A DNA stretch of 64,000 bases from an uncultured Gemmatimonadaceae bacterium (lineage in GTDB: Bacteria > Gemmatimonadota > Gemmatimonadetes > Gemmatimonadales > Gemmatimonadaceae): positions 32,001-96,000 of the forward strand of contig CAVVTZ010000009.1 in the NCBI GenBank assembly GCA_963751275.1. The letters are read 5' to 3'. A program made the position numbers and the translations under genes. How positions within the stretch are numbered: the stretch's first letter is position 1; every line of letters begins with the position of its first letter. The notes under the pieces are model-generated. The model worked only from the letters and a program-made list of their open reading frames with translations. It did no database searches and was not told the DNA's origin. Positions 20,755 to 30,847 of this stretch are shown piece after piece.

Positions 20755-21537
20755 ATGGCCGACACCATGCTGCGCCCGCGCTCACCCACCGAGGCCGTCG
20801 ACGCCGCGTTGCGCCTTGCGACGGGACACCTCGGCAGCTGGGTCGCGGTGAACGCGCTCATCACGCTGCCGTCGATCATCTATTGGGTGCTCAATTTCGA
20901 CGCGATCGCGACGCCGCAGGGCATGGCGGCGGACCACTACCGGACCTTCGCGATCCTCGGCGTGGGGAACCTCGTGATCAATGGCCTCGCGACGGCGACC
21001 GTGGTGGCGGCGATGTCGGAGGTCTATCTCGGGCGTGCGCTGAACATCGGCGCCGCGTTCCAGCGCATGCTGTCGCGCGCGCCGATGCTGATCCTCGCGA
21101 TCCTGCTGCGATGGCTCCTGCTCATCGCCGGCCTCATCCTCTTCCTCGCGCCCGGCATCTACCTCGGCTTTCGCACGGTGTGCCTTGAGCCGGTCGCGAT
21201 GCTCGAACCGGAGCGCCGCGGGCCGGCCGGGATCTTCGGCCGCACCTGGTCGCTCGCGGAGGACCACGTCGGGCACCTCGTCCTCACGATGCTGCTGGTC
21301 ATCGTGATCTATCTCGCCGGCTACGCGGTGAGCGAGGTGATCATCCGGGTGCTCGGCTCGACCGTTCCGATGCTGGAAGCGCTGCGATCGAAACGGCTCG
21401 TCCAGACCGCGCTATTGCTCTTCGTGCAGCCGATCCTTCCGGCGACGATCACGGTGCTCTATTACGATCTGCGCGTCCGGAAGGAGGCGCTCGACCTGGA
21501 GCTGATGGCGGGTTCGCTCGAGACGCCCGCGGCCTAA
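20755..21537 (+). CDS. Polytopic membrane protein, paralog 2
   Basis: LRPRS..EAVD and YYDLRVRKEALD. Confidence 0.75.
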   Translation: MADTMLRPRSPTEAVDAALRLATGHLGSWVAVNALITLPSIIYWVLNFDAIATPQGMAADHYRTFAILGVGNLVINGLATATVVAAMSEVYLGRALNIGAAFQRMLSRAPMLILAILLRWLLLIAGLILFLAPGIYLGFRTVCLEPVAMLEPERRGPAGIFGRTWSLAEDHVGHLVLTMLLVIVIYLAGYAVSEVIIRVLGSTVPMLEALRSKRLVQTALLLFVQPILPATITVLYYDLRVRKEALDLELMAGSLETPAA

Positions 21538-22121
21538 CGCGCCTCCGGGGGCGCCCCCGGCAACGCGGCTGGGAGCTCGTGCTTCTGCGTGACGCCGCCC
21601 GACACGATGAACGCCATGACGTCGGCGCTCTCGCGCTCGATGCGACGGATGCGCGACCGCGGCACCACGAACAGATTGCCCGCGAAGTTGTAACTCTCCG
21701 GCAGATACACGGCCACGTGGTCGGTGAGACCGAAGTCGTCCATCGATTCGCTCGTGACGAACCCGATCGCCATCACCTGGCCATCCGGCTGCAGGGAGAC
21801 GAGCACGGGCTTGTCGAAGCGGCGCTTCTCGCCCACGAACGCGCTCAGCAGGTCCTTGCTGCTCGAGTAGAGCAGGCGCACGAAGGGCAGCTTGCGCATC
21901 AGCTCCTCGAACATCGCGAGCGCCTGGCGCGCGAAGATGTTCGTCGCGACGAATCCGATGAGCGTGATCGCCGCGATGGTGATCGCGAACCCGACCCCCG
22001 GCAGCGGGATCCGCAGCCAGCCGTCGATGAAATGGAACGCCGTCCAGCCGATGTAGAGCGTGAGCGCCACAGGGGCCGTGACGATCAAGCCTCTCAGGAA
22101 ATACGCGATCAGTCTACGCAT
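21534..22121 (-). CDS. DUF502 membrane protein
   Basis: FLRGLIVTAP, LPFVRLLYSS.KD, IGFVT, FIVSGGV. Confidence 0.85.
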   Translation of the reverse strand: MRRLIAYFLRGLIVTAPVALTLYIGWTAFHFIDGWLRIPLPGVGFAITIAAITLIGFVATNIFARQALAMFEELMRKLPFVRLLYSSSKDLLSAFVGEKRRFDKPVLVSLQPDGQVMAIGFVTSESMDDFGLTDHVAVYLPESYNFAGNLFVVPRSRIRRIERESADVMAFIVSGGVTQKHELPAALPGAPPEAR

Positions 22122-22163
22122 GCGACTCTGAGTTGGTGGGTCTAGGGCGTCTGATACGACTGG

Positions 22164-22319
22164 AACTGCGCGTGTAGCAACTAGTACCGCTGTGACGGCG
22201 CGTCTCGTAGGCAGCGTGTGGTACGGCGCTGCGGGAGTGGTCCTACTCACGCCGAGCGGTACTACACGCAGCCTACTAGACGCGCCGTTCGAGCGGTACT
22301 AGTTGCTACACGCGCAGTT
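22164..22319. repeat. Family A element, copy 3 (most diverged, with compensatory changes)
   Basis: aactgcgcgtgtagcaactagtaccgct...agcggtactagttgctacacgcgcagtt; overlaps the TAA of the DUF2911 gene. Confidence 0.93.
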
Positions 22320-23487
22320 ATTGTTTCACCTGGATCGGCACGGAGACGGCCGTCTTGTCCCATGTCAGCGTGAGCCCCTCCGGCGTGAAGCTGTATTTCA
22401 GCAGCTCCACCGCCGCCGGGAGCGTTGCCACGGTCATGTCGACGCGGGCGAGGTCCATCGCCGCGTCGTACTCCGTTCCCCACTCCTTGGTCTTCCTGCT
22501 GATCACGAGCTTCCACGCGGTGGCGTTCGGCACCATGAACAGCGTGTACTCACCGGCCGGCACCGCCGCACCGCCCATGATGATGTCCTTGCTCGTCGTG
22601 AACGTCGTGGCCGCATTCGCGCCGGCGCGCCAGATCACATCCCACGGCACCACCTCGCCGAAGATCACGCGCCCGCGGACGCTCGGCTCGCTGTACGCCA
22701 CCATGAGGTCCGAACCGCCGATGTTCGCGCGCACCGTGTCCGCTCTCGAGAGCGGGCCGATCGGCCGGTCCGCGTACCTCGCGGCGAATGCCTTCACGTC
22801 CGCGCTCGCGAGGCGCGTCACCACCACCTGCGTCGTCGAGCCCGGCGCGTCGTAGCCAAGGATGTGCCCCTTGGAGTCGATGTGCGCGCGGGCCACGCCG
22901 AGTTCGCTCTCGATCGACACAGAGTCCTTGCCCATCCGCTTGATCGTCGTGGTGTAATGCCCGGTGTCGTTCGCGAAGATCATCGGCACGCTGAGCGACT
23001 CCTTGCGGCTCGCGACCGCGCGCATCACGGCGGCCTCCCAGACGCCGAAGCCGTTGAACATCAGCGGCAGGGTGGTGGCCGGTGTCAGGATGTGCAGCGT
23101 GCGCGTGCTGTCGGTGGTGACGATCTCGTGGATCGCGCCCGGCAACGGCGTCATCGTGATGACCGCCAATGGCTTCGCATCCACCGGCGCGCCGGCCTTC
23201 GTGACGGTCACTTCGTACTTCGCGAGATTCCCCGCCTTGTCGAGCGTGAGCGTGTACGAGCGGATGTTGGTCGAGCGGTCGCTGCGCACGACGCTCGTGC
23301 CGCGCAGCGTCGCGCCATCGCGCACGTAGCTCTCCATGCCGAGTGTGTCGCGCCCGATCATGATCAGGAACGCGCCGCCTTCCTTGGCCGCCACGGACGC
23401 GGCCGCCAAGCTCCCGACCGCGATCAGGGCCGCGCCGAGCACCGCCGCGCGGCGCGCAGTGGAACCGATTCGATCGCCGATCCGCAT
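22318..23487 (-). CDS. Secreted DUF2911-domain protein
   Basis: YSEPSVRGRVIFGEVVP..IWRAGANAAT, PAGEYTLF, WGTEYD. Confidence 0.88.
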   Translation of the reverse strand: MRIGDRIGSTARRAAVLGAALIAVGSLAAASVAAKEGGAFLIMIGRDTLGMESYVRDGATLRGTSVVRSDRSTNIRSYTLTLDKAGNLAKYEVTVTKAGAPVDAKPLAVITMTPLPGAIHEIVTTDSTRTLHILTPATTLPLMFNGFGVWEAAVMRAVASRKESLSVPMIFANDTGHYTTTIKRMGKDSVSIESELGVARAHIDSKGHILGYDAPGSTTQVVVTRLASADVKAFAARYADRPIGPLSRADTVRANIGGSDLMVAYSEPSVRGRVIFGEVVPWDVIWRAGANAATTFTTSKDIIMGGAAVPAGEYTLFMVPNATAWKLVISRKTKEWGTEYDAAMDLARVDMTVATLPAAVELLKYSFTPEGLTLTWDKTAVSVPIQVKQ

Positions 23488-23567
23488 GCTGACTCCCGTT
23501 CTAATGTTGGCCTGGGGGTTGAACCACAAGAATAGCGGCCATCGGCTCTCGGCGCTCGGCAGGGCGT

Positions 23568-23611
23568 GTTCGCAGGCGACAGCCGACAGTCGACAGTCGA
23601 CGTCCGCAGTT
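23568..23611. repeat. Dispersed (CGACAGT)n repeat, inverted twin of 40362-40405
   Basis: gttcgcaggcgacagccgacagtcgacagtcgacgtccgc is 38/40 identical to the reverse complement of 40366-40405. Confidence 0.88.
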
Positions 23612-23680
23612 TGAATGCGAAACCGGATAGATTGAATTGATGGTCCGGCCTAGACTGGGTGCTCCAACCCGGAGGCCACC

Positions 23681-24772
23681 ATGCTGTCGACCGTGCTCGC
23701 GATCTTCCCCCCAGGCAGTGAACCCGACGTGGAATCTGATCTTCGCTGGACCGCCGTGCTCGCGCGTGACGCCGCCGCCGATGGCGCGTTCGTGTACGCG
23801 GTGCGCTCGACGCACATCTACTGCCGCCCCTCGTGTCCGAGCCGCCGTCCGCGACGCGAGAACGTCGCCTTCTTCCCGCGCGCCGAGGCGGCCGAGGCCG
23901 CCGGCTATCGCGCGTGCCGCCGCTGCCGACCGAACGAGGGCGTGCTGAACGAGCTCGAGATCGTCGAAGGGATCTGCCGCGAGATGGAGCGCGATGCGGA
24001 ATCGACGCCGGAGCTCGCCGAGCTCGCGACGCGAGCGGGTCTCGCGCCGCACCGGCTCCAGCGCGCGTTCAAGCGCGCCACCGGGATCACGCCGCGGCAG
24101 TACGCCGAGGCGTGCCGGATGCGCACCCTGCGCACGCGGCTGCGCGGCGGCGACGGGATCACGCGCGCGATGTTCGACGCGGGCCTCAGTTCCACGAGCC
24201 GGCTCTACGAGCGCGCGCCGCAGCAGCTGGGCATGACACCCGGCAAGTACAAGGCGGGGGCGCCGGGCATGCGCGTGGGCTACGCCGTGGTCGAGTCTCC
24301 CCTGGGCCGGTTGCTCGTGGCCGCGACGGCACGCGGCATCTGCGCGGTGAGCCTCGGCGGAGATGATCGCGAGCTCGAGCAAGCGCTCGCGCACGAGTTC
24401 CCGGGTGCGGAGCGCGTGCGCGACGACAAGGCGCTCGCGCCGTGGGTGGCGGTGATCCTCAAGCATCTGCGCGGCGAGGAGCCGCATCTCGATCTGCCGC
24501 TCGACGTGCGCGCCACCGCGTTCCAGCGCCGCGTGTGGCAGGCGCTGCAGGAGATCCCGTACGGCAGCACGCGCACCTACACCGCGATCGCGAAAGCGAT
24601 CGGCAAGCCGACGGCCGTGCGCGCCGTGGCACGCGCCTGCGCGACGAACCCGGCATCGCTCGTCATCCCCTGCCACCGCGTGATCCGTGAGGACGGCGCG
24701 CTGGGCGGCTACCGCTGGGGGATCGAGCGGAAGAAGCGCCTGCTGGAGCAAGAAGCGAAGCGGCGGGCGTAG
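23681..24772 (+). CDS. ada: Bifunctional Ada transcriptional activator / O6-methylguanine-DNA methyltransferase
   Basis: Zn finger IYCRPSC...CRRC, AraC-type HTH, active site IPCHRV; GGAGG RBS. Confidence 0.95.
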   Translation: MLSTVLAIFPPGSEPDVESDLRWTAVLARDAAADGAFVYAVRSTHIYCRPSCPSRRPRRENVAFFPRAEAAEAAGYRACRRCRPNEGVLNELEIVEGICREMERDAESTPELAELATRAGLAPHRLQRAFKRATGITPRQYAEACRMRTLRTRLRGGDGITRAMFDAGLSSTSRLYERAPQQLGMTPGKYKAGAPGMRVGYAVVESPLGRLLVAATARGICAVSLGGDDRELEQALAHEFPGAERVRDDKALAPWVAVILKHLRGEEPHLDLPLDVRATAFQRRVWQALQEIPYGSTRTYTAIAKAIGKPTAVRAVARACATNPASLVIPCHRVIREDGALGGYRWGIERKKRLLEQEAKRRA

Positions 24773-24781
24773 AGGACGCGC

Positions 24782-25489
24782 ATGCACTCCGACGCCGAGG
24801 CGCATCTCAAGAAGAGCGATCCCGTGCTGGGGCGGATCATCGAGCAGGTCGGGCCCTGCACGCTCCAGCCGCACATCGAGTCCACGTATTTCCAGTATCT
24901 CCTGCGCAGCATCATCTACCAGCAGCTGGCAGGGGCCGCGGCGCGGACGATCCATGACCGCGTGATGGCGATCTACGAGGGCCGCGCGCCCGAGCCCGAG
25001 GATGTCATTCAGACGCCCGAGCGAAAACTGCGCGCCGCCGGGCTCTCGACGCAGAAGGCGAGCTACATCCGCGATCTCGCGCGGCGTTCGGCGAGCGGCG
25101 AGCTGCCGCTGCACACGCTCGATGCGCTGAGCGACGAAGAGGTCACGCTCGCTCTGGTGCGGGTGAAGGGGATCGGGCCCTGGACGGCGCAAATGTTCCT
25201 GATGTTCCGGCTCGGTCGCCCCGACATCCTGCCCGACCTCGACTACGGCGTGAAGAAGGCGATGCAGATCGCCTACCGCATGCGCAAACTCCCGAACGCT
25301 CGCCGCATGCACGAGATCGGGAACGCGTGGTCGCCACACCGCACCGTTGCGACGTGGTATCTCTGGCGCAGCCTGGATCTCCCCGGCGCGCGTCCGAAGC
25401 GGAAGCCGGGGAAGAAGAACGCGAAGCCGAAAACGAAGGGCGGACCCAGGCGCCCGGCGCGCGGCGCTCGGCAACGGCGGAAGAAGTAG
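24782..25489 (+). CDS. alkA: DNA-3-methyladenine glycosylase II (HhH-GPD)
   Basis: SIIYQQL, VKGIGPWTAQMFLMF.LGRPD, WSPHRT.ATWYLW; basic C-terminal tail. Confidence 0.9.
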   Translation: MHSDAEAHLKKSDPVLGRIIEQVGPCTLQPHIESTYFQYLLRSIIYQQLAGAAARTIHDRVMAIYEGRAPEPEDVIQTPERKLRAAGLSTQKASYIRDLARRSASGELPLHTLDALSDEEVTLALVRVKGIGPWTAQMFLMFRLGRPDILPDLDYGVKKAMQIAYRMRKLPNARRMHEIGNAWSPHRTVATWYLWRSLDLPGARPKRKPGKKNAKPKTKGGPRRPARGARQRRKK

Positions 25490-26709
25490 TGGCGGTTCGC
25501 GAGTCCCGAGTCCCGAGTCCCGCGTATTTCGTCGTCACGGCCCCCGGCCTCGAGACCATCACCGCCGCCGAGATGACCGCGCTGGGCCTCGAGCCCGGCG
25601 CGGTGGAACCCGGCGGCATTTCGTTCGATGGTCCCGTCGGCGCGCTCTATCGGGCCAACCTGCATCTGCGCACCGCGACGCGCGTGACCGCGCGTGTGGG
25701 CGAATTCGAGGCGCGGCACTTCGCCGATCTCGAGCGGCACGCGAAGGCGCAATCGTGGGCGCGCTGGATCAGCCCGTCGCGCGCCGTGCGTCTGCGCGTC
25801 ACCTGCAAGAAGTCGAAGCTCTATCACAGCGGCGCGGTGGCGCAGCGGATCTCCGGCGCGATCGCGCACGCGCTGGGCCATGCGCCGGAGATGGCGAAGG
25901 GCAGCGAGGATGACGACGAGTCCGGTGACGACGCGCAGCTCGTGATCGTGCGCCTGCTGCACGACCGGTGCACGTTGAGCGTGGACAGTTCGGGCGCGCT
26001 GCTGCACCGCCGCGGCTACCGGCTGCAGACGGCCAAGGCGCCCATGCGCGAGACGCTGGCCGCGGCGCTGCTCGCGGCGAGCGGATGGCCGGGCGACGCG
26101 CCGTTGGTCGACCCGATGTGCGGGGCGGGGACGATCGCGATCGAAGGCGCGATGCTCGCGCGGCGGATGGCGCCCGGCGCGCGCCGCGAGTTCGCCTTCA
26201 TGCAGTGGCCCGGTTTCGACGCGGCGCTCTGGACGCGGATGCTCGAGAAGGCGCAGGACCGCATGCTCCCGCGCGCGACGGCGCCGATCGTGGCATCCGA
26301 CCGCGACGCCGGCGCCATCGAAGCGGCGCGCGCCAACGCCGGGCGCGCCGGCGTCGCCACGGACATCGAGTTCACGCACACCGCGCTCTCCGGCATCGCG
26401 CCGCCGCCCAGTGCGCATGGCTGGCTCGTGACGAACCCGCCGTACGGCGTGCGGGTAGGCGACACGAAGGCGCTGCGCGATCTGTACGCCCAACTCGGCA
26501 ACGTCGCACGGCGTGCATGTTCGGGCTGGACGATCGCACTGATCTCCGCGAGCGCGGAGCTCGAACGTCAGGTCAGGGTCCCGTTCGCGGTCGCGCTCAA
26601 GACGCGCAATGGCGGGGTACCCGTGAGAATCGTGACGGCGCACGTTCCAACGGCGCGCGTGGGCCCTAGTACCGCTGGAGCGGCGCGTCTAGGAGGCAGC
26701 GTGTTGTAG
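25489..26709 (+). CDS. THUMP-domain RNA m2G methyltransferase (RlmL/YpsC-like)
   Basis: TAPGLE, LHLRTATRV, DSSGALLHRRGYR, LVDPMCGAGTI, TNPPYG. Confidence 0.9.
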   Translation: MAVRESRVPSPAYFVVTAPGLETITAAEMTALGLEPGAVEPGGISFDGPVGALYRANLHLRTATRVTARVGEFEARHFADLERHAKAQSWARWISPSRAVRLRVTCKKSKLYHSGAVAQRISGAIAHALGHAPEMAKGSEDDDESGDDAQLVIVRLLHDRCTLSVDSSGALLHRRGYRLQTAKAPMRETLAAALLAASGWPGDAPLVDPMCGAGTIAIEGAMLARRMAPGARREFAFMQWPGFDAALWTRMLEKAQDRMLPRATAPIVASDRDAGAIEAARANAGRAGVATDIEFTHTALSGIAPPPSAHGWLVTNPPYGVRVGDTKALRDLYAQLGNVARRACSGWTIALISASAELERQVRVPFAVALKTRNGGVPVRIVTAHVPTARVGPSTAGAARLGGSVL

Positions 26710-26811
26710 AGCAGGGCGGGAGTAGCTGCCGCCGCCACTCCCGCCCTGCCGTACTACACGCTGCCTCCCAGACGCGCCGTTCCAGCGGTACTAGGCCCCA
26801 CACGCGCCGTT
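26649..26811. repeat. Family A element, copy 4
   Basis: aacggcgcgcgtgggccctagtaccgct...agcggtactaggccccacacgcgccgtt; the left arm encodes the methyltransferase C-terminus. Confidence 0.95.
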
Positions 26812-26820
26812 AACGCGGTA

Positions 26821-27201
26821 CTAGTTGCTGGGCGCGCCCCTGTGGCTCTCGTCAGGCAGCAGCATCGACAGCACCGTGCTGACGATGCTGATCACGATCG
26901 AGCCGATGAGCGCGGGCACGAATCCCGCCACGTGGAATCCGAGTCCCAGCGAATTCGAGAGCGCGCTCGTGAGCATCAGCATCAGCGCATTGATCACGAG
27001 CAGGAAGATGCCGAGCGTGAAGATCACCACCGGCAGGCTGAGCAGCGTGAGGATCGGCCGCACGAACGCGTTCACGACGCCGAACACCAGCGCGACGCCC
27101 GCGAGCGCGAGCACGCTGCCGTCGGTGGAGATCCCGGTCACCCAGCGCGACGCGACCCAGAGCGCCGCCATGGTGATCAGGATGCGGATGATGAGCTTCA
27201 T
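26821..27201 (-). CDS. 4-TM 'phage holin family' membrane protein (YvlD-like)
   Basis: VNAFVRPIL.LLSLP...TLG.FLLVINA. Confidence 0.85.
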   Translation of the reverse strand: MKLIIRILITMAALWVASRWVTGISTDGSVLALAGVALVFGVVNAFVRPILTLLSLPVVIFTLGIFLLVINALMLMLTSALSNSLGLGFHVAGFVPALIGSIVISIVSTVLSMLLPDESHRGAPSN

Positions 27202-27276
27202 GTGGTGCCTCCGGAGGATGGAGCCGCGAACGATCCGGTAATCTGGGCGCGGCCGGGCGTTCCGGCTACTCGCCGG

Positions 27277-29004
27277 TCACCACAGCGTGAAGTGCTGCTC
27301 GAGCGTGCTGGCCGCCTGCGATCCGGCGACGAGAATGAGACGGTCGGCGCGATCGACCATCAGATCGGGCCGCGGCGCGAGCATGTGATCCCCGCGCAGG
27401 ATGGAGAGGATCGAGACGTCGCTCAACGCGAGATGCACGGAGGCATCCGCGACGCTGCGGCCGACGAACGGACTCTCGGGGCGCACGCTGGCGACGAGCA
27501 GGCGGCGTCCACCGGGCAGCTCCACCGGGACCCCGGCGCGCAGCTGGGAGACCAGCTTCTGCTCCGCTTCCGCGGAACCGTCCCGGAATCCCCGGTCGCG
27601 CAGGATCTGCAACGCGATCGCGAGATGGTGCTCGTGGTGCGCCGGCGAATCGGCGCTGCTCTCCACCTGCGCCTCGTACATGCTGCGGAACTTCACGTGG
27701 CGCGAGAGCCGCCGCTGGACGAGATAACTGAGGATCACGGCGAGCGTCGCCGGCACCAGCAGCGTGTACCCGCCGGTCATCTCGGTCACCATCATCATCG
27801 TGGCGATCGGCACGTGCGCCGCGCCGGCGAACACGGCGGCCATCCCCACCACGACGAACGGCGCCGGCGGCAGGTGGGCGAGGGCGGCGAACGCGCCGCC
27901 AAGCATCGCGCCCGCGAACAAGGTCGGCGCGAAGACGCCGCCCGAGCCGCCGGATCCGACGCTGAAGCTCATCGCAACGACCTTGGCGAGCACCAGCAGC
28001 GCGAGTACGCCAAGCGTGAGCTGGCCGTCGATCGCCTGCTGCATCCAGCCGTAGCCGCCGCCGATCACCTTCGGGACCGCCAACGCGAGGAGCCCCATCA
28101 GCAGCCCGCCGATCGCCGGCTTCAGGAACGGCTTCACGGGCAGCCGCTGGAACCACTGATGCGTGCCGTAGAAGATGGCCGGCGTGACCGTCGCGAGCAG
28201 GCCGGCGGAGATGCCGAGCAGGATGTACCATCCATGTTGCAGCGTGCCCGGCACCTGGTCCGCGAGATCGGCGAATCGGAACAGCGGCTGCCATCCGACG
28301 ACCAAGCCGTTGAGCGCGTACGCGACGATCGCGCCGAGCGCCGTGTACAACAGCGCTCCCGGCTCGAATTCCATGTCGGCGTACAGGATCTCGACGGCGA
28401 GCAGCGCGGCGCCGATCGGCGAGCGGAAGATGGCCGACAGCCCCGCGGCCATTCCGACGAGCAGCAGGATCCGCCGCTCCTCGCCCGTGCGGCCGGTGAT
28501 CGTGGCATAGACGGAGCCGATGCCGCCGGTGATGAGCGCCATCGGTCCCTCACGGCCGGCCGCTCCGCCCGAGCCAATGGTGATCGCCGACGCGATGAGC
28601 TTCACGAACGGGATCCGCGCGCGCATCTCGCCGTCGGTGCGGTGGAACGCCCGGATCACGGTGTCGGTGCCGTGCCCCTCCGCCTCGGGCGCGAAGCGCG
28701 CCGCGAGCAGCCCGACGATGAGTCCGCCGAGCGTGGTGGAGACGGGCACCAGCCAGAGGCCGTGCGGTCCGATGATCTCCACGGGCGAGGCGCCTTCATT
28801 CGGCAGCCCGGGCGCATGATAGCCGGCGATCCCCCACAGCATCAGACGGTCGATCAACCGCAGGAAGGCGGTGAAGATCTGCGCGAACACCGCCCCGGCC
28901 GCTCCGAGGGCGATCGTGTCGATCAGCAGGCGCCGCGACCGCGCGTCGGTGGTCCGGTCCGGCGGCAGCAGGAGGATATCGCGAGCGAGGGCGGGCAACT
29001 TCAT
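27277..29004 (-). CDS. CLC chloride channel/antiporter with C-terminal TrkA-C domain
   Basis: GHGTD, GGAAGREGP, GGSGGVFAP, MVTEMTG; C-terminal SPFVGRSV...ILRG. Confidence 0.92.
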   Translation of the reverse strand: MKLPALARDILLLPPDRTTDARSRRLLIDTIALGAAGAVFAQIFTAFLRLIDRLMLWGIAGYHAPGLPNEGASPVEIIGPHGLWLVPVSTTLGGLIVGLLAARFAPEAEGHGTDTVIRAFHRTDGEMRARIPFVKLIASAITIGSGGAAGREGPMALITGGIGSVYATITGRTGEERRILLLVGMAAGLSAIFRSPIGAALLAVEILYADMEFEPGALLYTALGAIVAYALNGLVVGWQPLFRFADLADQVPGTLQHGWYILLGISAGLLATVTPAIFYGTHQWFQRLPVKPFLKPAIGGLLMGLLALAVPKVIGGGYGWMQQAIDGQLTLGVLALLVLAKVVAMSFSVGSGGSGGVFAPTLFAGAMLGGAFAALAHLPPAPFVVVGMAAVFAGAAHVPIATMMMVTEMTGGYTLLVPATLAVILSYLVQRRLSRHVKFRSMYEAQVESSADSPAHHEHHLAIALQILRDRGFRDGSAEAEQKLVSQLRAGVPVELPGGRRLLVASVRPESPFVGRSVADASVHLALSDVSILSILRGDHMLAPRPDLMVDRADRLILVAGSQAASTLEQHFTLW

Positions 29005-29008
29005 GGGT

Positions 29009-29503
29009 TCATCCGCGGCGCCGGCGCGGCGCCGGCTCCTCAAAGAGCATGGTGGGTTCCCGCCGGGCGAGCCGGAGTGTACGCACGAGCGCGCGGAGCG
29101 CGCGCGCGAGGGCGCGCGCCTGGTCATCCGAGAGCCGGGCCAGCGCGCGCAGGACGTCCGCGGTCGGAGCGGCCGGGGCGGTCCGGAGAAGGCGGCGGCC
29201 AGCGGGCGCGATCGAGATGAGTACGCTTCGGCCGTCGTCCGGCGACCGCGTGCGCGTCGCGAGCTTCGCGCGCTCGAGGCGGCGCACCACAGTGGAGACG
29301 GTGCTGTGATTGGTGCGGGCGCGCGCCGCGAGGGCGGTCACGGAGAGCGGCCCGCCCTCGCCGAGCTGCTGGAGGAGGAAGAGCTGGGCATTGGTGACCC
29401 CGGTGCGCCGTTCCACCGCGCGGGCGGAGCGGTGCAGCGTGTCGACGATCAGCCGGAGGAGCACGAGCGCCTCCGTGCGCGCGGGGGCGGCGCGAGGGCT
29501 CAT
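29009..29503 (-). CDS. MarR-family transcriptional regulator
   Basis: GVTNAQLFLL, LSVTALA, STVSTVVRRLE, DDGRSVLI. Confidence 0.88.
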   Translation of the reverse strand: MSPRAAPARTEALVLLRLIVDTLHRSARAVERRTGVTNAQLFLLQQLGEGGPLSVTALAARARTNHSTVSTVVRRLERAKLATRTRSPDDGRSVLISIAPAGRRLLRTAPAAPTADVLRALARLSDDQARALARALRALVRTLRLARREPTMLFEEPAPRRRRG

Positions 29504-29535
29504 GCGGGATGGTTCCTGAACGCGGAGAGGCGCAT

Positions 29536-29555
29536 TTATGTTGACGTCAACATAA
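29536..29555. promoter_or_regulatory. Perfect 20-bp palindrome, probable MarR operator
   Basis: TTATGTTGACGTCAACATAA, AT-rich, about 33 bp upstream of the marR start. Confidence 0.75.
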
Positions 29556-29595
29556 TAAGGACCGGGCCCGCTCCGAAAGGGCCCGCCCGGCGCGG

Positions 29596-30847
29596 TCACC
29601 CGGGCGGCTGCAGCTCCCGCAGGTCGCGCAGGGCCGGCCACCACCGCGCGACCCCCGCCACGACGAGCAGCGTCGCGACGCCGCCGCCCACCACGCTGAT
29701 CACCGGCCCGAACAGCGCCGCCGCCGCGCCGGACTCGAACCCGCCCAACTGGTTCGACGTGTCGATGAACAGGCTGTTCACCGCGCTCACTCGGCCGCGC
29801 ATCGCGTCGGGCGTGCGCACCTGCACCAGCGTCTGCCGGATCACCACGCTCACCATGTCGAACGCGCCGGCCACGATCATCATCAGCAGCGACAACGGGT
29901 ACGACGTCGAGAAGCCGAAGATGATCGTGCTCACGCCGAAGCCGGCCACCGCCCAGAGGACGCTCCGCCCCGCGCGCCGCATCGGGCCGCCGTGCGCCAG
30001 CACGAACGCGATCGCCACCGCACCCAGCGCCGGCGCCGCGCGCAGCCAGCCGAAACCCGTCGGACCCACGTGCAGGATGTCCTTCGCGTACACCGGCAGC
30101 AGCGTCATCGCGCCGCCGAACAACACCGCGAGCAGGTCGAGCGTGATCGCGCCGAAGATCACCGGGTCGTGCCGCACGAAGCGGAACCCCGCGAGGATGG
30201 TCTGGAGCGACAGGTCCGCCGCCTTCCTCGGCGCCGCCCGCCCGCGCAGCAGGGCCAGGCACGCCATGAAGCAGAGCATGAGCGCGGCGTCGCACAGATA
30301 CACCGGACCCGCGCGATGCGCCATCGCGATCACGGCGCCGCCGAGCGCCGGCCCGATCACGCTCGCGGCCTGCCAGCCCGTGCTCCCCCACGTGACGGCG
30401 TTCGCGAAGTGCTCGCCGGGCACGAGCTGCGGCAGCATCGCCGCCGAGGCCGGCCGGTGGAACGCGAGCGCGACGCCCACGGCGAAGAGGCAGACATAGA
30501 TCAGCGCCACCGGTGCTTGCGTATACGAGATCCACGCGAGCGCGAGCGACGTGAGGATCAGCATCGCGAGCGAGAGCATCGACGACCTTACGGCGGTCGT
30601 ACCGGTCGGCGGTGTGGCCGGCGGGCAGCACGAGCAGGAAGATGGGCAGCACCTGCACGAGGCCCACCATGCCCAGCGCCATCGCGGATCCGGTGCGCTC
30701 GTACAATTCCCAGCCGATCGCGACGTCGAGCATCTGCGCGCCGATCACGCTCAGGAATCGCCCGCCCAGGAAGAATCGATAGTCGCGCGACCGCAGCGCG
30801 ACGTACGGACCGTGTTGTGCCGGCGCGCCGTCAGCGCCGGGCGGCAT
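29596..30847 (-). CDS. MFS transporter; frameshift near 30580
   Basis: N-part (...GHTADRYDRRKV) is in one frame and the rest is ORF 29596..30579 (LDLLAVLFGG, TPDAMRGRV). Confidence 0.85.

Noticed and set aside
10453..26811. Hairpins as canonical integron attC sites (CALIN)
   Set aside because: The ends do not match RYYYAAC/GTTRRRY, flanking genes are not co-oriented cassettes, and there is no intI.
26821..27201. Prophage suggested by the 'phage holin' family gene
   Set aside because: It is a common chromosomal 4-TM family and there are no other phage genes.
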